NCBI RefSeq assembly: GCF_026210795.1
Contig: NC_089429.1
Span: 6,076,001 to 6,140,000 of the forward strand
Origin: Rhizophagus irregularis
Taxonomy: Eukaryota
Reading direction: 5' to 3'
DNA length: 64,000 nt
The notes below the pieces were generated by a model, which did not search any database, was not told the DNA's origin, and worked only from the letters and a program-made list of their open reading frames with translations. Below are positions 11,098-24,568 of this stretch, piece by piece (the stretch's first letter is position 1; each line of letters starts with the position of its first letter). Made by a program: the position numbers and the translations under genes.

Positions 11098-13849
11098 GGC
11101 CGGGCAAAAAAAAAAATTTAGATTCTCGTGACCCGGCCGGGTCATTTTTTATTTTAATTTTATTTCTATTATATAGACAGTGATCAGGAACTACAAACAG
11201 AACGAATTACAAGTAAGACGAAACTATAACAAAGCTAATGCAAGTATGTCCAATCCCCCAGAGCAAAAGGAATCGCCACGCCTCTTATTCAAAATGAATC
11301 CTAGGCAAGGCCAGATCTACGAACATTAGACGCCGAAAAAAAAAAGAAAAGAATTAAAAGAAAGTACATACGAATGAAAATTAAAAAATTTAGAAAAAAA
11401 ATTAAAATAACCTAGATATGGACTAATAGAATAAAAAAAGACTGTCTGTTATCACAGTCCTGAATAAATGAAGTCCAACCACCCGCATGTAAATAATTAG
11501 ATGTAGTGAGGATATCCATCGAGGAACAAAATGATCATTTGGCCTCTGGGGTTGTAGATAAGTGATACGGTAGCGATCATCGTATCGGTCCTGTTGATTT
11601 CGAACGCCAAAACAGAAAGGTGGCGTATTAGTCCGATGGAGAGAAGGTAAAGTAGTTTGCGCACGAACGGTTCTTTTCGTTCGTTTGTTGTTCGCCCGAC
11701 GTTTAGCACGTCGTAGTTTAATTTTCTTTGCGTAAATACCGGTACGCTTTTCCCATGTAACCATGGATTCTGTGTGTCGTCTCCAAACGTGAGTAGAAAA
11801 ATTCAAATGTATCAACTTCATAACATCCATAACAATAGAGGAAGTATGTGAAGATTTGTGAGTATGAGAGTGAATTAAATCGATAAGAGATTGAGGAACC
11901 ACACTGTGGATGATCAAGTAAACAGGATGAGTATCGTCAGCCACTAGTGAAAATAATAAAGAATTTTCTAGATCTCGGGTAAAGTCGAATTAGTAAAAAA
12001 GGTGGTTTAATTCAGTCGTAAGACGTTTGTAGATAAGTTCTTTCGCGTCCTTAAGGACATTAGTTAATGGTTGAACTAGTTCCGGACAGAAGCCGAGATG
12101 TTGATTGTCACCATCCGTTTGCCCGCACAAGGGACACTTGATAGGTAACAAATTGCGAGAATAAAGTGATGGATAGTGGGCCGATAAAACATCGCCACAC
12201 GGTAAAAAATGATTAAGACTTTTGATTTTAAAAGATTGTTTTTTGGATTTGTCCGAACTACAGACATCTGGTGTATAGTTGTAATGTTGCCAAGTCTTTG
12301 TATAGGTCCAAGTGTCCAACTAATATCTTGGACAGGATGATGTTCAAAAATAGATTATAGTTTGTTATTTGAAGTAAACAAATCAAAAGTGATAGCGTCC
12401 GTTATATTTTGACAAAATTTTCGTATGTCGCGGTCGATAGGACCGATACAATCCCACATGGGTATCATAGCCCCATCAGGAATGAATTGAGGGTTAATGG
12501 TGATCGGGGACGCGTCCAGCGGTCCAGGCCCTTGCCAGCTTCCAAATCAGCTAAATCGTTGTATAAATCGCCCGAGTGCGCCTTAACTTTAAAAAGAAGA
12601 CAAGTAAGATTCTTTTTTCCAGTTAAATTTTTGATTAAACGCCAAACGTCGTGATTAGGGATTTTGAGAATTTTCCGCATCGATACAAGAGGATCATCAA
12701 CGCGTTGAAAAGTGTGGACACAGTTCATTGAGTCCGTATAAATCTTAACAACAGAATCGGGTGGAACCACCATTAAAATTGCATAAGCTTCAGCTTTCGA
12801 AGATGATGATGGTGATAAAGAAGTTCCTCCGAAGAAAGAAATTTTCAAATCGGAGTTTGTATCATTTTTATGGACCCAACCAAAGCCCATGTTAGTGGTG
12901 GTAGTATTACCATAAGACGGGTTGGGATTCCCTGAACCAGGCGGGCGAAAAGCACCATCTGTATAAAAGTTAATTCCTGAAAACCGGAAAAATCTCTGAT
13001 AAAGTAACGAGTTTAGTAATGGTGATGGGATCCCCTATCAAAAATCGATTGATATCTTGAGATTGAACACTTTGAGAACTTAAAGCTGGAGTTTCATCCG
13101 CTAATGATATAATAGGATCAGTAGTATGCGCTACTGCTGGTCGATTGGAATTAGAATTAATTGTAAAAATGTTGAAGGCATTAGCCCTCAAACTAAATAG
13201 TGAACGTTATGAAAAGACACAATGTTTAGGCAGAGTTGAAGTGTTGATTTTGGGTTTGAATGACTTTCCATGTATATCGATCTTGTAAAGTTGATGAGTT
13301 GCCGTAACTGTGACGCACAAAGGTCTTTGATCGCGGTAGTAGGGTATATGCAACGGACAACCTTTACAGGGTTTTAGAATAGGAGTACAACTCCAGGGAA
13401 TATTTTGATGTAATTGATCTTCGGTACTGATATGAGGTATAAAATGTTCACGGTAAGTTACCGAAATACAGTTAACTTCGTTAACCCTTTCCATAGATAA
13501 CATCGTTGTCTAGAGTGGACCATGAAGATGACCATTTTTTTTTTAGGTCGGTGGTATAGTTTATCTACAATTTTAGGGTGTCTGTAAGGGATACTAGTGA
13601 TTGCAGGTGAAGTTAATGGGTTAACGAGACGGCGAGTTGAGTTAGAAAGCGTCGCCTCGACGGGTCAGTTTTTCGAAAAATGGAAATTTTTTTTTTATAA
13701 AAAATTTTATCACGTGATTTTAAGTTTTGGCCAACGTGCGTAAAAAAAATTTTACATATGAAAAAATTTTACATAAATAAAAAAAAATGCCGACCGGGTC
13801 ATTTTTAAATTTTATGTCACGAGAATCTAAAAATTTTTTTTGCCCGGCC
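11098..13849. mobile_element. PIF/Harbinger-type MITE (~229 bp when empty) interrupted by a LINE
   Basis: TIR GGCCGGGC(A)nTTTAGATTCTCGTGAC at both ends; TAA on both flanks (11095-11097, 13850-13852). Confidence 0.8.
11145..13660 (-). mobile_element. 5'-truncated non-LTR retrotransposon (RNase H, Cys/His finger, 3' UTR, poly-A), degenerate
   Basis: RNase H motifs FYTDG, SSSKAEAYAI, KIYTDS, KVKAHSGDLYNDLAD; C-x2-C...H..FC finger in ORF 11990-12319; A-rich tail at 11145-11165; 7-bp TSD CGGGTCA (11138-11144, 13661-13667). Confidence 0.9.
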
Positions 13850-14985
13850 TAAATAGTTTAATAAAATAATTTAACATAATTATAAATTAAATACCGAAAT
13901 TAAATAATATGTAATTTTAGACTATTTGTAATAATAAATAAAATTTCGTTAATATTTAATCATTGAAATCAATCGCTTTTTTTCAGACAATCTCTTTTTG
14001 CAACCTCTTACATTTTTTAATGCGTTGAAGTCTTTCAAACGAAAATGGCTTAAAAAGTAGCACGGACCCTACAATTTTGCGTTTTCTAATGATAAATACA
14101 GGCTGGCTATCCATTTTATATTTTTATTTATTATTTTAAGATTTCACAAGATATAAGTTATATTTTTTCATTTATTATATTTTTTCGTTTATTATTAATG
14201 AATCTTATATTACATGAAGAAATAATTTAAAAACAACTAAATTTATTATATACATCTTAAGAAGGTTAAACTAAAATTTAATAAAGTCTAAGTAAAGCTT
14301 AAATAAAGTATATGCATTGTTATATATGGTCACGCGTATATACGTGTGGGCAGACGAACATTGCATGCTTTTGCGTAGAATGTAAAAGTCCTCCGCTCCG
14401 CTTCGGACAATAATTTAATGGTGATGACTTTCTTAAATATGAATTTGAAATGTATAAACATTTTAAATTATACAATAATTACTGAGAGTTTCACGACTTT
14501 GATTTTCACAGATTAATAAAATCGTTGAATTATTTAATTTTCGGATGAGTGAATAATTATATATGGATTTTTTTACTTAATAGTTTATCCACATTAATTT
14601 ATTCATATATATATCTGATATATCAATAACAATGTAGTTACAGTATATTTGAGTTTTTTTTAAAAAAAATGTAAGTATATATAAATAACAGAATATAATT
14701 CAGAGATATTAAATGAACATATATAAATATTATACAAGGACGGAGAAGTTTTTTAAAAAATAAAACCTCGCTCTGATAAATTAATGTATTTTGGTACGGT
14801 TTAATTTACTTTACGATGGCTATATTTTAAATCGTACATTTATTTTCATCATCTCACAAATCATTGATTTTTTATCTTAGAATCGTTTTTATTTTTCAAA
14901 ATTTTAAGAATTAACTATTATTAATTCTCAAATATTTTTTCGACTATAGGGACTCTTTTACGTATAGCAAAACCTAGATTACGTC

Positions 14986-15266
14986 TAGGGATGGAATCGG
15001 TTCAAAATGAGTCGACTCGAGTCGATTCTAGAACCGATCTTAAATTTAAAAGATTCTGGATCTCTTGGGCTTAAAACTACTTTTAATCATAAAAACCGTT
15101 CTGAACTTCAACCGGACTACTTCAAGAACTGACTCAAATTGAGTCATCTGACGATTACACACCAACTATCATTTGAAGGCCAATCAAAATTTTTCTGATT
15201 GATCATAATCACATGCTCTACTTGTGTCTTAAATATAGCTCACCGACGAACCGATTTCCATCCCTA
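14986..15266. mobile_element. hAT-type MITE (281 bp)
   Basis: TIR TAGGGATGGAA(A)TCGGTTC with an Ac/Ds-like terminus; perfect 8-bp TSD ATTACGTC. Confidence 0.9.
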
Positions 15267-15509
15267 ATTACGTCATAATTTAAATCTAAGTTTTGAATAA
15301 AAACAATCTGGCGAATGAGGAAATGTGAAATATCTCGTGACCCATATTTTTTTTTTCTTACGAATTCATACAAGAATTAAACAAATTTCAGTTTAATTTT
15401 ATTATATTTATTATATTTATTATCGATTTAAAATAAAAAGTCTAAGATAAATATAATTATATGTAGCCTCTATGTATTCTATTTAAGAAACAATTACAGT
15501 ATCATTACC

Positions 15510-15715
15510 TTGGATTTGGACAATGTCCAATTGATTTAATTGGATATTGGGCATCCAATTGGACAATTGGACATATATCCAAATCCAATTGGACAATGTC
15601 CATATTGTTCAAATCATATAATATAAAAAATAATTGGACAATTGGACATACTGTATGTCCAATTGAATATCCAATTGGATGTCCAAATGTCCAATTGAAC
15701 AAATTTCCAACACTG
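15510..15715. repeat. Array of (T)CCAATTGG(A) palindromes, probably a hAT-like MITE with a damaged left end
   Basis: Repeated ccaattgg/ttggaca motifs in both orientations. The right end reads CAGTGTTGGAAATTT on the minus strand. No clear TSD. Confidence 0.55.
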
Positions 15716-16429
15716 AATTCATTACAGACAAAAAAAAGCTTAAATTACGATGTTAAATTTTATTGTAATAAATTCGAAGGTATTTTTTCGAAAATACTGT
15801 ATATGTTTTATATCTTATAATTTATAAATCATTAAGAATTGAACGTGTAAAATTATAATAGATCCAAAATAAAAACTTTATACATGTACGTATATATATA
15901 TATATATATTAATTGAACCTGATAAAGCAAAAAAAAACAAAAAATTTTAATTTTAAGACGAAAAAAGTTGACTGCTAATAAAATCAGATGATATACTCCA
16001 TAAGAGTCATGTATTTTTTCCCGACCACACATTACGACTATAATTTCGTATTATCCTTACGGAAATTCTGAATTCCGCATCAGTGTCTTATGTTTATTGC
16101 AAACCTCTTGTAGCAATGCTTTAATACATATGATCAAAGATATTTTAATCGCGCGTTATATATTTTAAACTTCGAAAATTTATTCGACGTTTATTAAAAC
16201 AGGACGCCCAATATTACTAGTATTTATATCAAAAAAATTTTATTTAAGGATATTTATTATTTATATATGACTACAATCATATTTAATTTATTACAGTAAG
16301 CGAAAAAGAACATTGTAAAGTGCGGAAAGTGTTGTAATTCGTTAGACGCAATAACTAATCGTGAAATTAATTCAATATTTTTTTAAAACGAAAAAAAATA
16401 AACATTCAAAGAAAACTAATTAGAACTAC

Positions 16430-16960
16430 GTTAGATTAACGTTAATATAGTATCCTGTAAGTATAAGTAAGTCATAAAAAAAAAATAATCCGTTTTTAAT
16501 CCTTCCTAATTTATACAACTCCGTTACAAATAATAGTAATAATAGTAATAATAGTAATAATAAAATTCCACCAAATAGAATATATATATATAGTAGATAT
16601 AATAGGTTTTTAATTATTAATAGCACCAATATTAATCTTCATATGTGAATATTAAGATTTAGATAAAGCGAATTCAATTCGTAGAATACGTTGGGTAATA
16701 ATAAGTTTGACTTATTTTTAAGTAGAGAAGCATCTGATGCAACTTCTACTACCTCAACTATATATACTGCCAATACTACAATATCGATTACTACTACTGC
16801 ATTAAAAGCAATAATAACAACAGGTCTAACAGTGGAAGTTGATAGGTTCATTTTGATTAGATTTGTTTTTAAGCTTTTCGAGAATTGATTTGTTTGATTT
16901 TTTTTTGATTTATTTGATATAAGTGTGATTTGTTTTTGTTCTTGAACCTTTTTTTATTAC
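16430..16960 (-). pseudogene. Heavily mutated low-complexity (Q/P-rich-like) coding relic
   Basis: Triplet-periodic runs (ATGCAGTAGTAGTAA..., (CTATTA)n) that read as Gln/Pro runs if C>T changes are reverted. Confidence 0.35.
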
Positions 16961-17029
16961 AAGGGCGAAATCAAAGCGTATTTATAAAACAAATTTTAGA
17001 CGTTCAAGTCATATGATTAAAGCATAGAT

Positions 17030-17460
17030 TAATTTATTTTTCGCCATTATCTCCTTTCCTACATATTGCATAACTCATTTTTAATGTCTAACTATCTTAA
17101 GTAATTTATTTTTCACCGTTATCTCTTTCCTACGCATTGCATTGTTCATTTTTAATATTATTCTCCCGTTAATATTATTATTACTTATCTTTTTTATCTT
17201 TTGTAGTTTATTTTTAACCTTTGCCATTATCTTCCTTTTCTAAGCATTAATATTCTCCCGGTGATGTTTTTATTTTTTTTTTATCTTTTATGTAGTTAAT
17301 TTTTAACCTTCGCCATTATTTTCTTTTCTGAGCATTGCATTGTTCATTCTTAATAATGGGTTTCATTTTTTTACCTTTACGTAATTTAATTTTAACCTTT
17401 ACCATTATCTTCTTTTCTAAGCATTGCATTGTTCGTTTTTAATATTCTCCCGTTGACGTT
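17030..17460. repeat. Degenerate tandem repeat, about 5 units of 70-110 bp
   Basis: Recurring cgccattatct..ttc(c)taagcattgcattgttc near 17042, 17115, 17222, 17311 and 17401. Confidence 0.7.
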
Positions 17461-17815
17461 TCAAATATAACAATTTTAAAATAGTACTATGCAGTCTTTA
17501 CTATTTTTTTGCTCGACCAATCAATGGTGATGGATTTGCGGATGATCACATGCCTATTTATAATCACAATTGCAAGTATGAATAATACTTACCGTACAAC
17601 TAATAAACGCACTATAAGAGCCCTGTTATTAGCTTTGTTTAATGAATTAAATAGATATAAATTAAATAGACAATACGATAAAAATCAATTTATTTATATT
17701 CAAATATACGAAAATATCTTCAAAGAAAATATTTACTAAATAATATGCCTTTCATTAAGATTTTAATTTATATTGAATATTAATAGGAAAAAATTCCCAA
17801 TAAATATTAAGTAAT

Positions 17816-18589
17816 TTTGGAAAATGCAGTACTTATTTTACCCGTTAATTACAGGATTGACCCGCCGCTTCTTATAGTAGGTATCTGCTATAGTAAACAA
17901 CAGGTATCTGCCAAAGTAAACGGCAGGTACCCGATACTTTTTCAGCGGTCTCCTGATCTTTTTTTTGGGGTATATTATAATTAATTTTGGCCGAATCTTT
18001 AAATTTCTTTCCATATTTGAAAATTCGGATTAATTTTATATTATGGCGGATTTATGAAATACCCCAAAATTTGTGCGTCATGTCAAATTAAATAAATATT
18101 TGACAGTGTTTTAGTTATTTAAGTCTCAAATTTATTAATGAACAGCCAAAATGAGCTCTAAAAAATTTTTTTGTACCCCCGAATCTTGCGTCTAACCAAT
18201 TTTTCCAGTGTTAAAGGCGCGTCATTATTTGACATTTTTTAGGAAAAGAGCTTAATGTTTCTGTAATTCAATTTTAATTCCCAAGTGCGTAGCAGGGTTT
18301 TTGCCAAATTTCATAAATCCGCCGCAATGAATTATTAGTGGACTTGTTTTTCCATAACAGAGGTATTAGCGAATACCTGCTGTAATTAACAGCGGGTACC
18401 TTCCGTTTCTTATGACGAGTACCCTTCATAACATATAACGTATACAACGCTATGAAATATAGCGTATTTAACGTTATTTTTTGCGACATGTTACCCTGAA
18501 ATTGCATGTTAACCTGACAGAACAGGGACCTGCCGTAAAAAATAACGTATACGCGTAACGGTATACGCTGTATGCTATGGCTTTCCATA
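17816..18589. mobile_element. Older, degenerate IS3EU-like MITE of the same family as 18612-19383
   Basis: Right end GGCTTTCCATA and the same internal gcaggtacccg/gcagggacctgc motifs. The left end is degraded and no TSD was recovered. Confidence 0.5.
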
Positions 18590-18611
18590 AACAATATAAT
18601 GAGTGGCGTTT

Positions 18612-19383
18612 TATGGCAAGCCGTACTGGTCAAAAGACCGTCACTAATATAGCATGTACTCATTATAATTTAAGGCGTGTACCCGCTATAACTTACAGCA
18701 GGTTACCCTTGCATTATATTAATTTTTAGGGAGTGACTCACTGTATAAATTAACGAGTACCCGCTGTAACTTATGACAGGTACCTGCTATTTTTTGTTGC
18801 AGGTACCAGTTAATTTATAGAGCAGTTTCTTTAATTTTTTTATTCATAAAATCCAAATATTAGAAAGCTGTGACGTTTATAACCAGATTTATAGCCCTAG
18901 AAAAAAGGTTTGTACTAAATTTGTGCCAAACGGGCTAATCATACAACATTTATTCGAAATTTGTACTAAAAAATAATATAAAATTCGAACAAATTCTAAA
19001 CAAATATCGTATGATTAACCCAATTGGCACAAATTTAGCACAAACTTTTTTATAGGGTAGGCTAATAAAATTTCATTAGAAAATTTCTAAAATTTCTAAA
19101 GTTTGTCATAATGTTAGCAAAAAAAAAATATTTTTATTATAAAAATCACACTTCTTAATACATTGATTTTGTGGGCCATTTTGTAGCAAGCGCCTGCCGT
19201 TTGTTATAGCAGATACCTGTCGCTAGTTATAGCAGGTACCCGTTAGTTTATACAGCAGGTTGCCCTATATCCTGTTAATTTCAGGGGTATCCCGCCGTAA
19301 AAAAACAACATATACACGCTACAAACTTTAACATGTATTCGCTGTATATTACTGCGCACTTTTGACCATAGCGGCTTTCCATA
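18612..19383. mobile_element. IS3EU-like MITE carrying a nested CMC-like MITE
   Basis: Termini TATGGCAAGCCGTACTGGTCAAAAG ... CTTTTGACCATAGCGGCTTTCCATA; perfect 6-bp TSD GCGTTT (18606-18611, 19384-19389). Confidence 0.8.
18895..19057. mobile_element. MITE with CCCT..AGGG ends and a 3-bp TSD (CMC/CACTA-like)
   Basis: ~35-bp imperfect TIR CCCTA.AAAAAAG(G)TTTGT.CTAAATTTGTGCCAA; TAG on both flanks. Confidence 0.75.
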
Positions 19384-19744
19384 GCGTTTGAGCATCTATG
19401 CAATCAAAATTAGATTTATTAAATATAACCTTTATGAGACTAACTTATCAAATTGATTGAACAATATCAGATAATTTTTTAACAAGCATTTTATCTTTAT
19501 AAATTGCTATATTTAGTCTAGTACTATTTTTTTTTTCCCTGCATACATAAAAAGTTGTAACGGTTTATTTAGGCTAAGTATAACTCTATTACAAATGTGT
19601 GTATTTTTATACTCCACTCCAACCAACCCAACCCCAACCCGTTCGTTTTAACTTTTTCCTACGTATTAACAATTTCTACTATTGATTCAACTACTGAATC
19701 AGACAATGCATATGAAAGAAAGTTTATATGGAAGAAGAGATTTA

Positions 19745-19812
19745 AGGATAAATTTAAAAAATTGGACTAGCGGAAATAAAGATGAATTTATAGAACAATC
19801 ACAGCTTAATGT
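19745..19812 (+). pseudogene. Tiny relic of a Glomeromycotina TKL-kinase N-terminal region
   Basis: Translates to NLKNWTSGNKDEFIEQSQLN, matching the WTSGN..ID.FIQ..QL motif of this expanded kinase family. It is cut by a MITE. Confidence 0.6.
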
Positions 19813-19813
19813 T

Positions 19814-19935
19814 GGTTACGGTACATTTCGCCGAAAGGACGTTTCGCCGAAAAATAGGGCCAATATTATGCAGAGTTATAAATAACTCAGGCCAGAGATT
19901 ATTTTTCGGCGAAATGGCTTTCGGCGAAATGTGGT
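19814..19935. mobile_element. MULE-type MITE, copy 1 (right end eroded)
   Basis: Near-identical to 46782-46912; TIR core TACATTTCGCCGAAAG. Confidence 0.75.
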
Positions 19936-20627
19936 TTGAAATATCGATCAGTAGCCACTACATTATTGCCTTAGAGGAGTAAGATAGAAAATAGAAAAGA
20001 ACTTATCATATTTTTAATTTTCTTTTATGATAAAATGAATTATATGACGTTCATCAAATTTATATAAGCGTGAGTTTTCGGTTCTTCATGTCTCATCTCG
20101 TAATGATTTGAAGAATAAAAAACAATCACATTCAAATTCCATTTAAATTATTTTATCATGTTTTGCTTTTGCATTAAAAATAAAGCAGATATTTAATTTT
20201 TATTTTTTTCTTAATGTCCTAATTTTCTTTATTTAATTTATCTTATATATAATAAAAAATAACTTATTCTCTTAAAAAAAATTTGTTTTTAAACATAGAT
20301 TGTTCTTATATTCTTAATTTGTAAAATTCGAAGAGACGAAAAGTTTAACGAATAATGTATTTGTGTCTAGTAAATAATCCTTATCGAAGTCATGTGTTTG
20401 TGATTATTAAGAACATTGCATTACATATTAGTACCATATTGTATAATATAGTTATTGGATAGGTAAAAATATTGGTCACCGTAGCCATCCAATAACTGTA
20501 TTATTACGCATGCCACCCACCCAACTAATTTTAACAGTTTTTATATAAAAAGTCTAATTAAATTAACGTGCTAATTTTATATAACCCACCCTAGATACTA
20601 CAAACAATACCTATTATATAATAACAT

Positions 20628-21974
20628 TTAACAATAAAAATCTGTAAGTTCACCAAGATATATATTACTTGATTTTTCCAAAATTTCTGAGCTTTTTAAA
20701 TAAGGTATAGAATCATTAAAAATCTTAATGTTTTTTAGACCAGTTGGTGCTGATCTATTTAATATTCTTAATAATTCTTTGATATTTTCTGCCCCTTGCT
20801 CATAATTCCCACAATTATCATCAATAATTAAATTTAACTTCTTCAAGTTTTGACAATTTCTTAGTAATATTTCAAATTCAACAAAATGTTCCAGTGATGA
20901 TGGGAACACCAACATTAATACTTCAATTATAGGGCAATTTTCATAGATACTGCTGATTAATAAAAGAGTATCTTTGGTGTAGTTTTCATAATGATAATCA
21001 TCATCATAATAACTATTATAATTTGGCAATATTTCCTTAATATATCCACCACTATTAGTGATTATATTAATTACCGCATTCATATTTATATAATCTATAT
21101 GAAGTATTTCTAGATTATAATATATCGGCAGTAATGTTTCATTCTTTGAGCAATACTTATTGAGTATTAACGTTTTCAACTTGTGAAATTTTGGTAGTAT
21201 TCTGAATAACATATGTTCTTCATGATAAAGTAATTGGAAGTATAATATTAAATGATTTATCATATCTGACTTTTTCTCTAAAGCGAGTATTATCTTGGTA
21301 TAAGGGTCATTCGTAATATTATGTTCGGTTTTAAAATCATCTGTCCATTTAAAATATCTTAAAATTTTCTGAACTTTAATTAATTCAACTACTCCATCAT
21401 TTACGTTATGAGTTTTATTAATAATGATCAACCTCTGTATATTTTGACAGTTATATGCTAATCCACAAAAGTATGAAGGATTAGTAGATGTATCGCACGT
21501 TAATTCACAAAGTGATTCAAGAAGAGCCTTAGTTTCTGGAAGATAAAATGAAAGCATTTGATGATCAATTGATATCATATTTAAATACTTCAAATTTGTA
21601 CATTGTCTTATTAAGAAACTGCAAATTTTTCGTTGCAAAGAAGGTTTAATCATAGAAATTATTTTTTTTATAATTTCTATATTAATGCAATTGCAGAAAG
21701 ATAGATAATTAAATGAAAGTTGTTGGTATGAAAAAAGTAAGTGACTTGGTAATAATATTTTAATATCTTGAGGTAAATAGAAACAAATAATGTTGAATAA
21801 AGAATTTTTATTACTATAAGTAATATTGTACTGCCAAGGGTTTTTCCATAAAATATGAACTGCGATTTCACACCAAAGTTTATTGATCATTAAACACGAA
21901 AATAAAGTTTTTGGATCATCTTGAAGTTCTTCAAGTATTAAAAAAAGAATATCACTATTGTATTTAATAGCCAT
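20628..21974 (-). CDS. F-box/LRR (RNI-like) protein, intronless, ~448 aa
   Basis: N-terminal F-box-like segment NSDILFLILEEL..D.KTLFSCLMINKLWCEIAVHILWKNP followed by degenerate LxxLxL repeats. ATG at 21974. Confidence 0.85.
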   Translation of the reverse strand: MAIKYNSDILFLILEELQDDPKTLFSCLMINKLWCEIAVHILWKNPWQYNITYSNKNSLFNIICFYLPQDIKILLPSHLLFSYQQLSFNYLSFCNCINIEIIKKIISMIKPSLQRKICSFLIRQCTNLKYLNMISIDHQMLSFYLPETKALLESLCELTCDTSTNPSYFCGLAYNCQNIQRLIIINKTHNVNDGVVELIKVQKILRYFKWTDDFKTEHNITNDPYTKIILALEKKSDMINHLILYFQLLYHEEHMLFRILPKFHKLKTLILNKYCSKNETLLPIYYNLEILHIDYINMNAVINIITNSGGYIKEILPNYNSYYDDDYHYENYTKDTLLLISSIYENCPIIEVLMLVFPSSLEHFVEFEILLRNCQNLKKLNLIIDDNCGNYEQGAENIKELLRILNRSAPTGLKNIKIFNDSIPYLKSSEILEKSSNIYLGELTDFYC

Positions 21975-24568
21975 TTTATTTTGTTTTAGGGGGGAAAAAA
22001 AAAAGATTGATAACAAAATTTAATAATGATAAAAATGAAGGGTAAAAATCCATCCTTATATAAAAAAAAATCAGCAATTTTTTGCCAAGGCTTTTACGTA
22101 TAATGATTTATTTAAAGAGTAGGGGCTCGCGTATTCAATTCGTAATTTGTTTCAAAAAAAACGAGTGATTTTTCTTCTACATTAAATTTTATTATATAAC
22201 ATAAAATGATATCTTTATGAAATCAATATATGATAATGCGTTATCGTACAATTTTACTGGTCAAAATCAAATTTTTACTTTGTTAACTATATATATATAT
22301 ATAATAAATATTCTTATCCTTGGTGATTAAATAAGAATAGAAGGTTTAATAACATTCACTTTCAGAAATTTCATATTTTTTTCAATTATAAAATGTACAT
22401 TCGGAATTATAAAAATAATAATAATAATGTGGCGATTGTGGCGTGCGCACAATTCGATCGTGTATCATCTAATTTTAATTTGTTGAAAATCAAAATCAAT
22501 AAGCTTAAATTTGTGCATAAAAATGATCTCTGTTTAATATATGGCGTTAATATATAAATAAATTTTATTACTACATATAAATTGGATTAATGAAAATTTT
22601 ATTTAAACACCATCAATATTTTCGATTACATATCATTAATGTGTAATATCCGATATCACCGATATCAGATAACGATCATTGTTTCTTATTTTGATGTATA
22701 AAGTATATGAGGTTTCAGTTAAAAATAACACTACTTTAAAATATTTATTTTTTGTATCGCAGCTTACGGTTATTTTGTATAATTTCTACTATTAAAGATG
22801 GTATATCGAAATAAAAGATTCAAGCTAAAAAAAATATGAGAACTTGTCTATTTTTATTTTTGAATGATAATAATGATAATAAAATAAACAATCTATGGAA
22901 AGTGCTTTTGACAGCAGTAGACTTAGTAGTTGTTTACAACTACTTTGATTCACGGAATTCTTGTTCCGAATCAAGTGCTGGCCCCGTAAGATTAGCCAAA
23001 TATACAACAAAACAAATCTTTGTTTATTCATTTGTTTTACAACAACAAGATGATATAGTACAGCTGCGATAACATTAAAATGAAACATATAAAAAAAGGG
23101 AATTGAACCGAAAAAACAATAGAAATATGTTTTTGTTTAATATTATTCAAAAGATTTCGAAACCTTCAAACAAATAATATTATTGATTACGTAATCATGT
23201 TTCATTTTTTGAAACTTTCATGTCTAAAATTGGATACAATGATGGTAATCGGATAGAACGTAGATTAATTCCGCCCCCATTTTCACTCTTTATTCTCTTT
23301 ATTACGGCCGATAAATTATGGTGATACTACGTTTTATTACTTGTGTACGTAGATTAATTTTCTTTCAAACTGATAAGAGATTCAAATCGATTATGCAAAC
23401 CCCTGTTTCAATAAATCATTTATCTTAATAACTGTTGGTACTAAATATAGTAATTAATTGATTGTTATGTCTGCAACAAATCGTTCCTATACAAATACAG
23501 TATGTTATAGTGTTTCATTTTATCCATACACAATTATTTATCATCTCATCATTAACAATGACAAACTGTTGCAGATGTTCTATCAAATTGCATAAAGACC
23601 CTGCTTCTTTATGTTCATATATCTTAGTATACTGTACCCTACATTATGGAAATGTCTTGCCTTCATAAATTTTATTAATTTATAATACAATACCAAATGT
23701 TCATGATATTTTTAAAGAATTTTTTTTTAGCGGTAAATAATGTTATTGTTTATCTTGACGTGGCGTAGTTAAATATCCAACCTTTTTTACTAGTTTTATT
23801 TTTAATAAAAGATGTCGAAAATTTTTTTTGTCATCCTTGTCTTAAAACGCACAAATCAAATTATTGGTCGAGTTATCTAAATTTTGGCCATCTGCATCAG
23901 AAGTGGATTTATCTCCTTTGTAAAATGAAAATTGAAGACATTAATTAGTAAAGCATTAAAAAGCAGCATTACGGAATTTATAAATGTATCAACTGCGCCA
24001 GCGCGAACATCATTTAACGAGATTTTACTATTGTGATTTTTTTTTTTGTTAGTCAAAAATGGAATAATGAAACATTAAAAGCCTTATTCTCCTAAATAAT
24101 TTATTTCTTTCCATAACCTGCAAATAATCAATAACTTAATATAGTAATGATTGTCAAATAATGTATTATGATGTATTCTGGTGATCAGCAGGTGACGGTT
24201 AAATCATTTGAACATATATCAGAAAACGTGATTTATGATCATGTGATTTTGTTGCATATGGCGCGGTTGTGTCAACCAATATTATTTAGCGCAGTATTTA
24301 TAATTCCAGAGCACATTTTCTTCATTTTGTAATCGATCAATCATTTATTATGATTTAATTAACATACAAGTGACTGAGGAATCAGTTGTTTTTAGAAATT
24401 TAGATATAATTTATTAATATGAAAAATTAAATCTTATTTGAATAAAATACTAGTTTAATAAAAAATATATATATATATAAATTTTAATGATTTAAAACCA
24501 CTTTTTAATTCTTATAGGTGAATTTGATCGGAAGTTTCTAATGACTCCAAATTTTTTACCAAAAATTT

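Noticed and set aside
15505..15820. ORFs 15505-15702 and 15596-15820
   Set aside because: Artefacts of the CCAATTGG palindrome array, which is open on both strands.
22836..23072. 78-aa ORF, with nearby 23462-23668
   Set aside because: No recognisable motif or consistent exon structure; possibly a relic, but unsupported.
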